Positions 9,242 to 19,313 of a DNA stretch of 41,682 nucleotides are shown in pieces. This DNA comes from a virus (lineage: Duplodnaviria > Caudoviricetes). The stretch is taken from IMG/VR virus record IMGVR_UViG_3300032327_000851, positions 1 to 41,682 of that record; one strand, 5' to 3'. Under the pieces are notes generated by a model. It was given only the letters and a program-made list of their open reading frames with translations. It had not been told where the DNA came from and did no database searches. Position 1 is the first letter of the stretch, and the number at the start of each line of letters is the position of its first letter. The position numbers and the translations under genes were made by a program.

Positions 9242-11868
9242 GCTGATACTCCTATTACTTGAATCTGATCAATCTTTGGAATAACATATGTTGAATTTGA
9301 AAGAAATACGATCTTGATTTGCATAGAATCGAAGTTATCGATTTCAACAAGAGCTTCATTGTAGTATCTTGAGATGTTACTGTTCATTGGATTATTGAAC
9401 GCAATATTTGGATATTTAGCCTTTGCAATTGTCATACCATCACTTGCAACACTATTACTTGAAATCGGAGAACCAAGCGTAATAAATGTTGAACCAACTT
9501 CCTTAGCAACAGCAATAGTATAGTTCTCTGGAAAAATTGAGCTATAAATTTTAATAACATCGTTGTTAGAAAGATATGATTGTGGATTGACATTAGCCGC
9601 TACCACATTAGTATTAGCGTATACTGTTTTAAATACTCCCGGAATATCAATAGATTCTGAAGCGGATGGAAGACCTAGTTCATACTCAATGAAGTTATTA
9701 GGGTCTTCACTAGAACTGTATGTGCTTGTGCTTGTGACATACTCTAGTGGTGTCCATGCCTTGTCATCAAATGGTTCAGGGTCTTGTGAATTATGAACCT
9801 TAGCATATACCTTGATATCTGTTCCAACTGGACGATATGCTGTCATGAATACACGAATGTCTTCAGCAAAACGATCTTTGGCGAAGTTTACTTTCTTGGC
9901 GATATGACGGGCAGCAGCAGAACCTGTACCACTAATTTCACTATCGTATGTAATACCATTTGAAGTAAAGGTGTAATCATTTGAAATAGTATTCTTCATT
10001 GAATAAAGATCAATCTGACCACCTTCAATTGATGGAGATGTATAAAAGTTCGAAGTAGATGTGTTTAGCTGAAGGAGTGCATCAATTTTAACAGACTTGT
10101 TGTTAATGAGCAAAGATTCATTGTTGTAAAGATTATTATTGATAATCTCTTTTGAACGAGAAAGTATTTGTGCATCATACTTAGTAATGTTCTTTACTCG
10201 AAAATCATTAATTTCAACCCACTCTTGATTATCGCCTGTGTAACTATATGTTCCACCATTATTTGCAGCAGCAGAGAAGTTAATATCAATAGTACCAGCA
10301 GCAGAAGTCTTAATATCACCTTTCAATTTAATTCTATCGATAGAAAGAGTATCAATAGACACGATATTTGCAGAGGTATTAGAGTCAATACCAATGATTT
10401 TATTATTAACATCAAAGTAGATAGTATTCGCAGTTGAGTAGTTTAGATATAGCTTATTGGCCAATTCATCCTTATAGTATACCTTACCGACAACAGTCTT
10501 AAGATAACTAGAACCAGTGTTTGTGAATGGCACAGCATTTTTTGTTGTCATTAGCGTATTGTTTGATACTGACTTGACAAAAAGAACTTCTTTCTTTGTG
10601 CCATCACCAAAAACAACAATAGGATCATTTTCAATAAAAGAAGTGAAGGTTGTGCCAGTGCCTCTAATAATATTTGATCCTCTGACAACCGAAAGAACAC
10701 CACTGTCATATGTGTTATTCTTATAGACCCACTCACCGCCAATAAAGTTCTTTATACTTCCTTGAGTTGTGAAGAATTCATAGTTGGCATTCACGAATGT
10801 CTTAGTTGCTTGATTTGCTGTATACTGTGCAGCATTAACCTTAAACTTAAGATCGGTATCAGATAGAGATTTAAATGTGTTTGAATTGTTTTTCAAATAC
10901 ATCTTACCATCTTTTACGATATTACTACCGGGTGAAGGTGAATTGGTACCAACAAGTTTGTCGCCTGTCTTGTTTACCCAGAATTCATATGAAGGATCAT
11001 CACATGAGATAACAATACCATAGAACTTACCTGTGACCAGTTTAACTGGTTTATCAAAACCAAACGTAACTGAAGTAGAAGCATCACCAAAGGCATACAC
11101 ATCATCATATTCTTTACGTGAAATCGATGACGCATAAGACTTTGTAAGAACTGGCTCATCATTTTCAACATCACAAATCTTTACAGTAATACCGGGCTTT
11201 TTATTACCAGAAATATTTTTTGACGGATTTGGTTTTGCCTTGACATAAAGCTCAATAGATGTGATTGATACTTGGCTAGACTTACCAACAACATCTGGAT
11301 CAGCATAGAAAGTCTGAATGACATTGTATTCTGGTGTGGTGAAGTAATCAGTTGCAGAAGTTGATGTTGAAGTAGAAGTTAATACAGGATTATTCTGTAG
11401 AGCAACTTGACCATCAACAGGAGTTTTCTTGAAATAAACTTTTAGGGCTTCACGCACATACAAAGGAAGTGAAATGTTTACTGTAGCTGTTGAAGTTTCA
11501 TTTGTATTCTTTACAGTAAGAACCTTTGGTCCAGCGATAAGAGATGCAAGTGCAGCCGCCTTTTCAACATCTGATGATACAATAATCGATGGTGAGAAAT
11601 AAAATGTAAAAGAAATAAGACCAAATGCACTTGACAGTAGACCTTCGCCTAGTAGACGACTGTCTTGCTTACACATATTAGTAACATCTACGCCCTCAAG
11701 ATACACTTTATGAACGGTACCGGGTTTTAAACCAAACACAAAAGCTTCAATATTCTGTTCAGAAAGAATATAGCTAGAATTGATAGGAAGTGTAGGAAAC
11801 ACATTAGGAATGCCATCAGCACCTAAGTTGTTTTGATAATATAGTGAGTTTAGAATATTAATAGCCAT
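9238..11868 (-). CDS. Virion structural protein resembling the C-terminal part of DUF4815/VrlC-like baseplate proteins
   Basis: GLKPGT.H, QTF...ITSIELY, DLKF, ARHIAKKV...AEDIRV...DIKVYAK and QIKIVF.S...P.I motifs. Confidence 0.7.
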   Translation of the reverse strand: MAINILNSLYYQNNLGADGIPNVFPTLPINSSYILSEQNIEAFVFGLKPGTVHKVYLEGVDVTNMCKQDSRLLGEGLLSSAFGLISFTFYFSPSIIVSSDVEKAAALASLIAGPKVLTVKNTNETSTATVNISLPLYVREALKVYFKKTPVDGQVALQNNPVLTSTSTSTSATDYFTTPEYNVIQTFYADPDVVGKSSQVSITSIELYVKAKPNPSKNISGNKKPGITVKICDVENDEPVLTKSYASSISRKEYDDVYAFGDASTSVTFGFDKPVKLVTGKFYGIVISCDDPSYEFWVNKTGDKLVGTNSPSPGSNIVKDGKMYLKNNSNTFKSLSDTDLKFKVNAAQYTANQATKTFVNANYEFFTTQGSIKNFIGGEWVYKNNTYDSGVLSVVRGSNIIRGTGTTFTSFIENDPIVVFGDGTKKEVLFVKSVSNNTLMTTKNAVPFTNTGSSYLKTVVGKVYYKDELANKLYLNYSTANTIYFDVNNKIIGIDSNTSANIVSIDTLSIDRIKLKGDIKTSAAGTIDINFSAAANNGGTYSYTGDNQEWVEINDFRVKNITKYDAQILSRSKEIINNNLYNNESLLINNKSVKIDALLQLNTSTSNFYTSPSIEGGQIDLYSMKNTISNDYTFTSNGITYDSEISGTGSAAARHIAKKVNFAKDRFAEDIRVFMTAYRPVGTDIKVYAKVHNSQDPEPFDDKAWTPLEYVTSTSTYSSSEDPNNFIEYELGLPSASESIDIPGVFKTVYANTNVVAANVNPQSYLSNNDVIKIYSSIFPENYTIAVAKEVGSTFITLGSPISSNSVASDGMTIAKAKYPNIAFNNPMNSNISRYYNEALVEIDNFDSMQIKIVFLSNSTYVIPKIDQIQVIGVSA

Positions 11869-11890
11869 CGCTCTAACTTAACCTTTTAAA

Positions 11891-14800
11891 TTAAACATTT
11901 TGATTATTCTTAAATGGAAACACATAACCACCACCAAAATAATTAGAATGAGATTGAATATAGTTTAAATATGGGTCTCGTACAATCATATTAATGTCTG
12001 TGTCTGATGGATATATTAGTTTATATCCGAATGTACCTTCTTTACCACCACGCCAGAAAGAATGATGACGTTCGCCCTTATACACTCTTACTTTGTAATA
12101 CTGTCCCTTAACAGGATCGTGTGTAAACAGTAGCTTAAATTGATCTTCAAGGAAACCACCAAATGGTCCATAATTCATTTTTTCCAGCGAACCAGTATGC
12201 TCAATATTTCTACCACCATTCAGATTTAGCTGACGAGTGATGATATCAGCATCAGTAATTGCAGCAGTACTAGCGGCATCAGAAGTTCTAATTGATGTCC
12301 ATGGACCATCAGAAGTCTTGCTTTGGAAGAATTCAGCAGCAACATTATTATTCTTTGAGTTGATGTAGAATTCAACTGGACCGGGCAACGAAGAGAATGT
12401 ATAGAAAAATTCTTCATATACATATGGAGGATTGTCACTATTTGCACGATTTCTTTCTTCTTGAACCACACTAACTATTGTCTGTGTTACTGTTGGAACT
12501 TGTGGCTCTACAATAACAGGACCATCAGTAGCACGTGTTTGACCAGTAAACAAAACTTCATTATATGGAAGCTCTAGAGTTGAGTCAGGAGATTCTGTGA
12601 TAATATTAATTTCTTCTAATGGTGGGGATAGATATCCATCAACAATTGTTGCTCTGTATGCAGGACTTGAAACTTCAGCATATTTATAGTCTTCAAAACC
12701 ATCTACAAAGAAACCGAACTTGAAACGATCAGTGCCATCAAAACTTGGGATCACACGCTTCTGAGCAAGTGCTTCAGTAAGAGTAAGTGAGGTGTAGTAT
12801 TCTAGGTCTTTAATTCTCTTTTCAAGTTTACCAATCTGTTCCATGGTATAACCACGAGGTTGTGTGATAAGTCTATCACCTTCAGATAGTGTAGTCTTAA
12901 TTCTGTAGTTGTCAAGACGTTTTGAAGTATATTTTTCATTTGCAATCTTAGTATCGACAAACGAAACAGTTTGTGCTGATAGCTGATATGGAACTGAAGG
13001 ATATGGTGGTATACTTAATAGATTAATAGTAAGTGCATTATCTGGCTGGGTTGGTTCAATGTTAGTACCGACCTGTCCCTTAATAACGTGGAAGTCATTT
13101 GTTTCATCAATCACAACACGATCAATACGACCCTGATAGTATTCAACAGTTGAAGTTAACTGTGAATCTGGTGCAGGAAAAAACTTGTTCGTTGTGTTAG
13201 CAAAACGTAGAGCAGCAGTAGGCTCTAGCGGATTGATTGGTGCTAGACTTGGTGCTGTGTTTGGTGTAGCAGTTTTGTTTGAGTATGGACGGAAATCGAA
13301 CTGATCACGTAGATCATAGTAAGCACCTCTATTACCAAACACTTCAGGAATTTCAAGAGTATTAATTGTTGTTGCTGATGCACTAAGTGAAATGCCATCA
13401 TTGATTGGATATGTACCAGAAGCACCGCCGACCTTTACACCTTCACTTGTTACTGAGAAGTGATCAAAAGAAGTTAGAAGAACGTCATTGTTGGCAATTG
13501 TCAATCCTGAATTTGGCTTTTGAACTAGATATGAAATACCGTAGAAATCTTCATTCTGATTATGGTCAATATAGAAGTATTGCGTTACATCTTGAGCAAT
13601 TGTATCAGTTGGAACATAAGTTGTATTTGCATTTGCTTTGTAGACTTTATTAAGACGGAATACATCAGGAACACCTAATGCCCATGGACCAGTATTAGAA
13701 GCAATATTTGTGTTTGCATTAATACGAACATACTTATTTCTGTTGACAGTCTTAGCAACAGCCGGTGCTGTTGTTCTTATATTATATGAAACCGCAGTTT
13801 GAACTGCAACGTTTGTTGTCATGTTCATTGTAACTGTCAGAAGCTTCTGATTACCACTCACAACCATTGTTCTATTAGAACGATTAAATGAGATTGGAAC
13901 GTTTCTAGGGAACATTAGAGTATAAGTTCCATTAGTTATATTAGTAGCAGCATTTGCTGTTAGGAATAACTGTGTGGAATTGGCAACATAGCTAACCTGA
14001 CCAATATATTGATCAGATGCTGAAGTCAGAAAGTCACCAGCATTAATTTCATTTACAAAGTTTGTTGGTTGGCTACCAACCACAACAAGATTTGTTGTTG
14101 TAGATGATGTTAAGGTTCCTGCAAGAATGGCATCACGTCTAAATGATGCAAGTGGAGTGATGACAATATCTCTTTCTTGTACACTATTAAGTGTACCAGT
14201 ATAAGGGAATGTATCATCGCCAAGTGTAATAGCCATTTGACCAGTTGTGGCTAAAGTCTGGGTATCAGCAGTACGACGAATATATGATACATTATTTGCT
14301 TTCTTAACGGCTGGATTACCAGCATAAAAGATAAGCGAAGAAGTATCATTATCTTTAAGAACAGTCTTTCCGTTCTCTAGAACAATATCAGCAATACCTT
14401 TATTTGTTCCATCATAGAAAATCGAACGTATATCTGAGAAGTTTGTTCCAACAGTCAAGTTAATATCAAAAAGATAAATTCTATATGTACATGTAGAACT
14501 ACCGATTGTACCAGAATCATATACTACTGATCTAATACGTGCAGTACCAACAGCAGTATCAGGAGCAGAAGGAATAGAACCAACACGTCCTTGACCACCA
14601 TTATAGGTATAGTATTGATACGGAGTTTTATGTAGTGTTACAAGATCGCCATTTTTAAACTGAAAATATCCTGAGAATTGATTAACAGTGATATAGTTAC
14701 CATAGTTAAGAGAAATAGTTGCAGGGTTTGCTGTGTAATAATCAACACCCTTATCAACACCAATTTCATAATTGTTATTTGTTGATACACGCTTACCATT

Positions 14801-16357
14801 AATATATGCAACACCGGGATCAATAAACGCATTAAATTTAGTTGCTTCAGATGCAAGTGTGCTTGGTGACTTGGTATTTAACATGAATTGATCTAGTACA
14901 TAGTTACCAGACGCTTCGTATTGACGCTGAGAGATATATTCACCAATCTTATTATAGACTGTCTGGCGATTTTGCTTGTATGGTTCGCCATTACTAAACT
15001 CTGCAATATATAGGAAGTCTTCACGTAAGTCAGCTTCAGCCTTTGTCAACGTGATAAGCTTTGGTGTTAGTTGTAGACGGTTAGCACCGGGTGCAGCATA
15101 GTTAGGAGCACCAGTTGCATTGTCAAGCAATGAAACGTCTTGGTTGGAATTAATGATTGCTTCTTTTGTTTCGAAACCAACTGAAACTCCATCAGGCTTA
15201 AGATTAGGTGTGCTAAAGTATTTCTCGACCACGACCAATTCAGGTGCAACACGTGAGAAATATCCCTTTTGATAGATAACACCTTCACCTACTGTCATAG
15301 CATAGCCAGAACCAACTGGCAATTCAGCAGCACCAGCAATGGTGATGTTTGTCAAAAAGTTTTGTGCAGTAAAACTAGCGAGTGAAATTTGTTGTACAGG
15401 GGCTGTTGTAGACACAATACCAATATAAGGAGTGACATAATATCCACTACCCTTTTGGTTTACGTTTACGCTCTTAATAACACCTAGAGAACCAAGTGTG
15501 AGTGAAGCCTTTGCTCCAGTACCAACAATACCAGCAACAGTGGCAACACTTGATGGAATTGCGCCTATTGACTGTACGCTGCTTCCAACACTAAATGTCC
15601 ACTTAGATGAATCGCCAGCACTAAGATCAGCAGCAATTGGCTTGATCTTAAGAATCACAACTTCTGTGTTTGATGTGGTGTCAATGCCAATAATCTGACA
15701 GTTTGCATTACCATCAGAAATATAATCATTAATGACAAAATTGTTTGCAAAGGTTGTACCAAATGTGCTATTCTGAACAGCAATAGCACTAACGATAGCA
15801 ACACTATCACTTGTTGAGAAACCTTGCGCCCCATTATTTACAGTGATCTTTTCGATTACACTGTCTGGATCATATACAGTCAGAATTTCATCTGGATTAA
15901 ACTTAAGCTGCTCGACTGTATTACCCGAAACATTATTAAATCCTGAATTAACATATTTAATGTATAGAGTATTAAGATCAGGCGAACGAGATTCATAACC
16001 AGATACTGTAGTAACAACTGTAGCAACAAGAGGAATGATATTATTTGTTGGTGAATTCTTTACATTATAACCATTATACTTTGCCACTTCCACAGGTGTC
16101 TGATCAGTTTCAGCATCTTTAATTTTGACGTATTGAAAATCGTTATTGAAGATGATATCACAACCATCAATAATCGTTCCAGCCTTGAAGATGTTGTCAC
16201 CAAATCGTTCAATCTGCTTTTGCAAAATTGTCTGAAGTTGATTGAGTTCACGAGCCTGAACAGATACACCGGGACGAAATAGAATTTTATAGAAATCCTT
16301 TTTCTCGTTGTAATCGTCAAAATATGGTGATACACTTAGATCGGTCTGTATACTCAT
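11891..16357 (-). CDS. Large DUF4815/VrlC-like baseplate structural protein
   Basis: SPYFDDY...ILFRPG.SVQARELNQLQ, DNA.GAPNYAAPGANRL, YTMEQIGKLEKRI..LEYYTSL and DRFK.GFFVD.F motifs. Confidence 0.85.
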   Translation of the reverse strand: MSIQTDLSVSPYFDDYNEKKDFYKILFRPGVSVQARELNQLQTILQKQIERFGDNIFKAGTIIDGCDIIFNNDFQYVKIKDAETDQTPVEVAKYNGYNVKNSPTNNIIPLVATVVTTVSGYESRSPDLNTLYIKYVNSGFNNVSGNTVEQLKFNPDEILTVYDPDSVIEKITVNNGAQGFSTSDSVAIVSAIAVQNSTFGTTFANNFVINDYISDGNANCQIIGIDTTSNTEVVILKIKPIAADLSAGDSSKWTFSVGSSVQSIGAIPSSVATVAGIVGTGAKASLTLGSLGVIKSVNVNQKGSGYYVTPYIGIVSTTAPVQQISLASFTAQNFLTNITIAGAAELPVGSGYAMTVGEGVIYQKGYFSRVAPELVVVEKYFSTPNLKPDGVSVGFETKEAIINSNQDVSLLDNATGAPNYAAPGANRLQLTPKLITLTKAEADLREDFLYIAEFSNGEPYKQNRQTVYNKIGEYISQRQYEASGNYVLDQFMLNTKSPSTLASEATKFNAFIDPGVAYINGKRVSTNNNYEIGVDKGVDYYTANPATISLNYGNYITVNQFSGYFQFKNGDLVTLHKTPYQYYTYNGGQGRVGSIPSAPDTAVGTARIRSVVYDSGTIGSSTCTYRIYLFDINLTVGTNFSDIRSIFYDGTNKGIADIVLENGKTVLKDNDTSSLIFYAGNPAVKKANNVSYIRRTADTQTLATTGQMAITLGDDTFPYTGTLNSVQERDIVITPLASFRRDAILAGTLTSSTTTNLVVVGSQPTNFVNEINAGDFLTSASDQYIGQVSYVANSTQLFLTANAATNITNGTYTLMFPRNVPISFNRSNRTMVVSGNQKLLTVTMNMTTNVAVQTAVSYNIRTTAPAVAKTVNRNKYVRINANTNIASNTGPWALGVPDVFRLNKVYKANANTTYVPTDTIAQDVTQYFYIDHNQNEDFYGISYLVQKPNSGLTIANNDVLLTSFDHFSVTSEGVKVGGASGTYPINDGISLSASATTINTLEIPEVFGNRGAYYDLRDQFDFRPYSNKTATPNTAPSLAPINPLEPTAALRFANTTNKFFPAPDSQLTSTVEYYQGRIDRVVIDETNDFHVIKGQVGTNIEPTQPDNALTINLLSIPPYPSVPYQLSAQTVSFVDTKIANEKYTSKRLDNYRIKTTLSEGDRLITQPRGYTMEQIGKLEKRIKDLEYYTSLTLTEALAQKRVIPSFDGTDRFKFGFFVDGFEDYKYAEVSSPAYRATIVDGYLSPPLEEINIITESPDSTLELPYNEVLFTGQTRATDGPVIVEPQVPTVTQTIVSVVQEERNRANSDNPPYVYEEFFYTFSSLPGPVEFYINSKNNNVAAEFFQSKTSDGPWTSIRTSDAASTAAITDADIITRQLNLNGGRNIEHTGSLEKMNYGPFGGFLEDQFKLLFTHDPVKGQYYKVRVYKGERHHSFWRGGKEGTFGYKLIYPSDTDINMIVRDPYLNYIQSHSNYFGGGYVFPFKNNQNV

Positions 16358-17166
16358 TACTTCTTTTCTCTTCTTTTTTTAGATTCTTTGGATGAAACTG
16401 AAACAAATTGCCACGTTTCTACTAAGCCAACTTTCTGGATATCAAAAATTTTTTTACACACACGAGTATTTATACCATCTTTTGTAGTAACAGCAACGGT
16501 GCCTTTATGTTTACCAGCACTATTTTTTGACATTTTAATAAGCGATTCGTTGCTATGTTTACGCCCTTTATTATACATTGATATTTTCTTTTTATGTTCT
16601 TCTGTGAGTGGTGGCTTTGATTTTCCTATATGTTTTTTTGAAATCTTTTTACGTGTTTCATCAGAAACATCACGCCCTATTAAAGATAAAGAAATTTTTG
16701 CCTTCGTATCATCACTATGTTTATAATTTTTCATTACTATTTTTTGTCGTTCTCTAGCATGGTCAGTAAAACACTTGCCTTCTATAGCTCTTTGTTTGGC
16801 TTTTTTAGAAATTTTTTCACTTCTGTGTGGTGATTGAGATATTTTTTGTCCCACACTTAATCTATTTTTATCATCGGTAGACCAATGACCATTTAAATGT
16901 CGTGTTAAATTATAGTATTTAATGCCGATTTCATTTTCCAATATCATTTCAAGCCATCTATATTCTTCAGTTAATAAATCTTGTCGGCTACTATCAATCC
17001 TGCGTAATATACGTCTCTTAAAGTCTGATGGCCTTCTTTTGTATGAATTTCTCATCCAACGAGATGAACATACATATCCATCATTTTCAGTTCCCCAATG
17101 AGAACCTATATAATATCTTTTATGTTTACGATCAAACCAGATGTATACAAAACCATATTTTTCCAT
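16357..17166 (-). mobile_element. Free-standing GIY-YIG (Seg-like) homing endonuclease gene with NUMOD3 repeats
   Basis: GFVYIW...YYIGSH N-terminus, E...L and YYN motifs; repeats HSDDTKAKIS, VSDETRKKIS, LTEEHKKKIS, KHSNES..KMS; both flanking genes look intact. Confidence 0.9.
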
Positions 17167-17169
17167 TTT

Positions 17170-17195
17170 AATAACTCCTAAAGAAGTTATTTAGT
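17170..17195 (-). promoter_or_regulatory. Late promoter variant ACTAAATA overlapping an RBS-sequestering hairpin
   Basis: Minus strand reads ACTAAATAACTTCTTTAGGAGTTATTAAAATG; AAUAACUUC pairs with GGAGUUAUU. Confidence 0.75.
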
Positions 17196-17208
17196 AAAAG
17201 TGGTACTT

Positions 17209-19263
17209 CTAGAATTCTAATATAAGTTTGACAACTTCTGTCTGATTAGCATTACGTGTAATTGGATTTAGATTTTCTATGTAAAGGATTTCTCCACTAT
17301 CTGGAACCAATTCTCCATTGTATTTATTCGACACAATAAAGTATGAATCTGAAGAATTTCCTCTAATTATTCCATCACTTCCATCAGCAGCAGTTAAAAA
17401 TGAATTCTTCACATTTGTTACGTACATCGTATCATCAAGACCACCAATACTATCAACGATAGAATGGAAAGTTGCTTGTGGCTGAGAGTATCCAGAAGCG
17501 CCTTCTTGTACAACAATTTCATCTTCAATAAAACCAGAAACACTCACACTACCGACAAATTTTGTTAGTTGATTGAAACCATTGAATTCATCGGCATCTC
17601 TTCCATTAACCAATACAAAAGGACGAGAAACAGTATTGGCAACGGCAGTACAGAAAGAATCTTCACCAACCATGTTTTTACCAATACCAAGGTTCTTTGA
17701 TGACACATTGGTAAGATTTAAACTATCTGATGTATAAGAAGTGACAGTACCATACAAATCAGTTTCGATTAAAGTAATAGAACAATTTGATCCAACAAAA
17801 CTTGAAGATGATGTGACACTCATAGCATTGTTAGACAGTATTCCATTTACAGTAGCAAAGAAATTAGATGATCCATCATTAATAATAATTCTATCATCTG
17901 GTCTCAGTGTTTCTTCAAAGTCTACTCCAGAAGAATAAACAATATTATTGGCTGCTACATCTACTGTACCATAAAGCTTGATTGGTTTATAACGATATAC
18001 ATTCTCATCAATAATAAACTGCCCTATAGTCTTTGAAGAATCAAGTAATACAGTAACATTAGCAAACAATGGATCGTTAATAATACCAACAGTTCTATAA
18101 TCATTAGAAACTGATAATGGATTTTCATCACCAATAAAATATGTGTTGATGCCGACATACTTAGAGAATAGTTCGTTGTTTATATTAGCTCCATGACCAC
18201 CTTCAGGTGAAATAATAACTCTTAATGAAGCAGGAATAGTAACAGGAACTATTGGATTTACATCAACAGTTGCAATAGCAGAACGATATCCAGAACCGGC
18301 CCTTAGAATTTCTACTTTACTTATTGAATTGGCACTAGTAGGATCAATAATAGCACGAGCAACACAGTCAGTTATTCTGGTGCCGCTTGTATCATAGATG
18401 AATACATTTGGGTAAATTTCATAAGTATCACCCGGTTTAATAGGTTTGGAGAATGCAGATTCAATCGTAATAATTTTTTTATTTTGAGTATTATTAAACT
18501 GATAGTTGGTGATGACTTTAGATTCATTTATTGCTTCACCAGATGTTACTTTAATAATACATCCATTATAAAAATTATCAAGGCTAACAGCACTCAATTG
18601 AATACCATAAAGAAGCGAGTTCTCGCCAATACGAACACTTTCAAACTCACCTTCAGGAATATAGTTATCATAACCTCTACCAGCATCGGTAACAGCGATA
18701 ACTTCAATAGCACCAGCCACAGCAGCATTAGTAACTGTACGATCAACTACCACAGGCATATGATCAACAGTTGAAAACTTGTTCATCGTAAATTCATCGA
18801 CAGAGAACATATACTTCCAAATGTAGCCATCACTAACTGTTTCAATTTGACTAGTGTCTGGTTCAGATGGTTCGACCGTTGACTTAGCGCCATAATTGTT
18901 AAACAGACATTTATACACACGAGTATGAGTACCAGCATTGACAGAAACATAAAATTGTTTTTCTGAAAGATTCTCATCGATATCATCATACATATCATAT
19001 ACAGTGTCAACTGTCCAATCATAACGACGAATCATATTGGTCACGTCATTATACTTGACTTTTTTACCAAATACCATATCATTGTAAATATCGATATTAG
19101 TCTTTGTCGTGTCCATTGGCAGCGGAACATTTTCATCCCCCCCATCATATGGAGTGTGTTTTGCCGCAAATACGTAATAGCTTGAATTCGTCTGTACATT
19201 ACGCACAAACGTTTCGGCTGCTTCGACATTGAGTTTTTTCGTAATAATTTGTTTTGTAATCAT
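17209..19263 (-). CDS. gp8: Baseplate wedge subunit gp8
   Basis: IRRYDW....YDMYDD, VYKCLFNN, DGYIWKYMF, P.GGHG, NDYR..G and SGEILYIEN..PITR...Q.E..KLILEF motifs. Confidence 0.9.
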   Translation of the reverse strand: MITKQIITKKLNVEAAETFVRNVQTNSSYYVFAAKHTPYDGGDENVPLPMDTTKTNIDIYNDMVFGKKVKYNDVTNMIRRYDWTVDTVYDMYDDIDENLSEKQFYVSVNAGTHTRVYKCLFNNYGAKSTVEPSEPDTSQIETVSDGYIWKYMFSVDEFTMNKFSTVDHMPVVVDRTVTNAAVAGAIEVIAVTDAGRGYDNYIPEGEFESVRIGENSLLYGIQLSAVSLDNFYNGCIIKVTSGEAINESKVITNYQFNNTQNKKIITIESAFSKPIKPGDTYEIYPNVFIYDTSGTRITDCVARAIIDPTSANSISKVEILRAGSGYRSAIATVDVNPIVPVTIPASLRVIISPEGGHGANINNELFSKYVGINTYFIGDENPLSVSNDYRTVGIINDPLFANVTVLLDSSKTIGQFIIDENVYRYKPIKLYGTVDVAANNIVYSSGVDFEETLRPDDRIIINDGSSNFFATVNGILSNNAMSVTSSSSFVGSNCSITLIETDLYGTVTSYTSDSLNLTNVSSKNLGIGKNMVGEDSFCTAVANTVSRPFVLVNGRDADEFNGFNQLTKFVGSVSVSGFIEDEIVVQEGASGYSQPQATFHSIVDSIGGLDDTMYVTNVKNSFLTAADGSDGIIRGNSSDSYFIVSNKYNGELVPDSGEILYIENLNPITRNANQTEVVKLILEF

Positions 19264-19269
19264 AACTTA

Positions 19270-19277
19270 TATTTATG
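19270..19277 (-). promoter_or_regulatory. Late promoter variant CATAAATA (a second motif AATAAATA lies at 19299-19306)
   Basis: Two NATAAATA motifs in the 50-bp gp7-gp8 gap. Confidence 0.5.
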
Positions 19278-19313
19278 TCTCTTAAAAGGGTTATAGGGTA
19301 TTTATTAGTATAA

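Noticed and set aside
16357-17166. Group I intron around the GIY-YIG gene
   Set aside because: gp8 ends at its usual C-terminus, the next gene begins at its usual N-terminus, and the flanks (42 bp and an overlap) cannot hold an intron core
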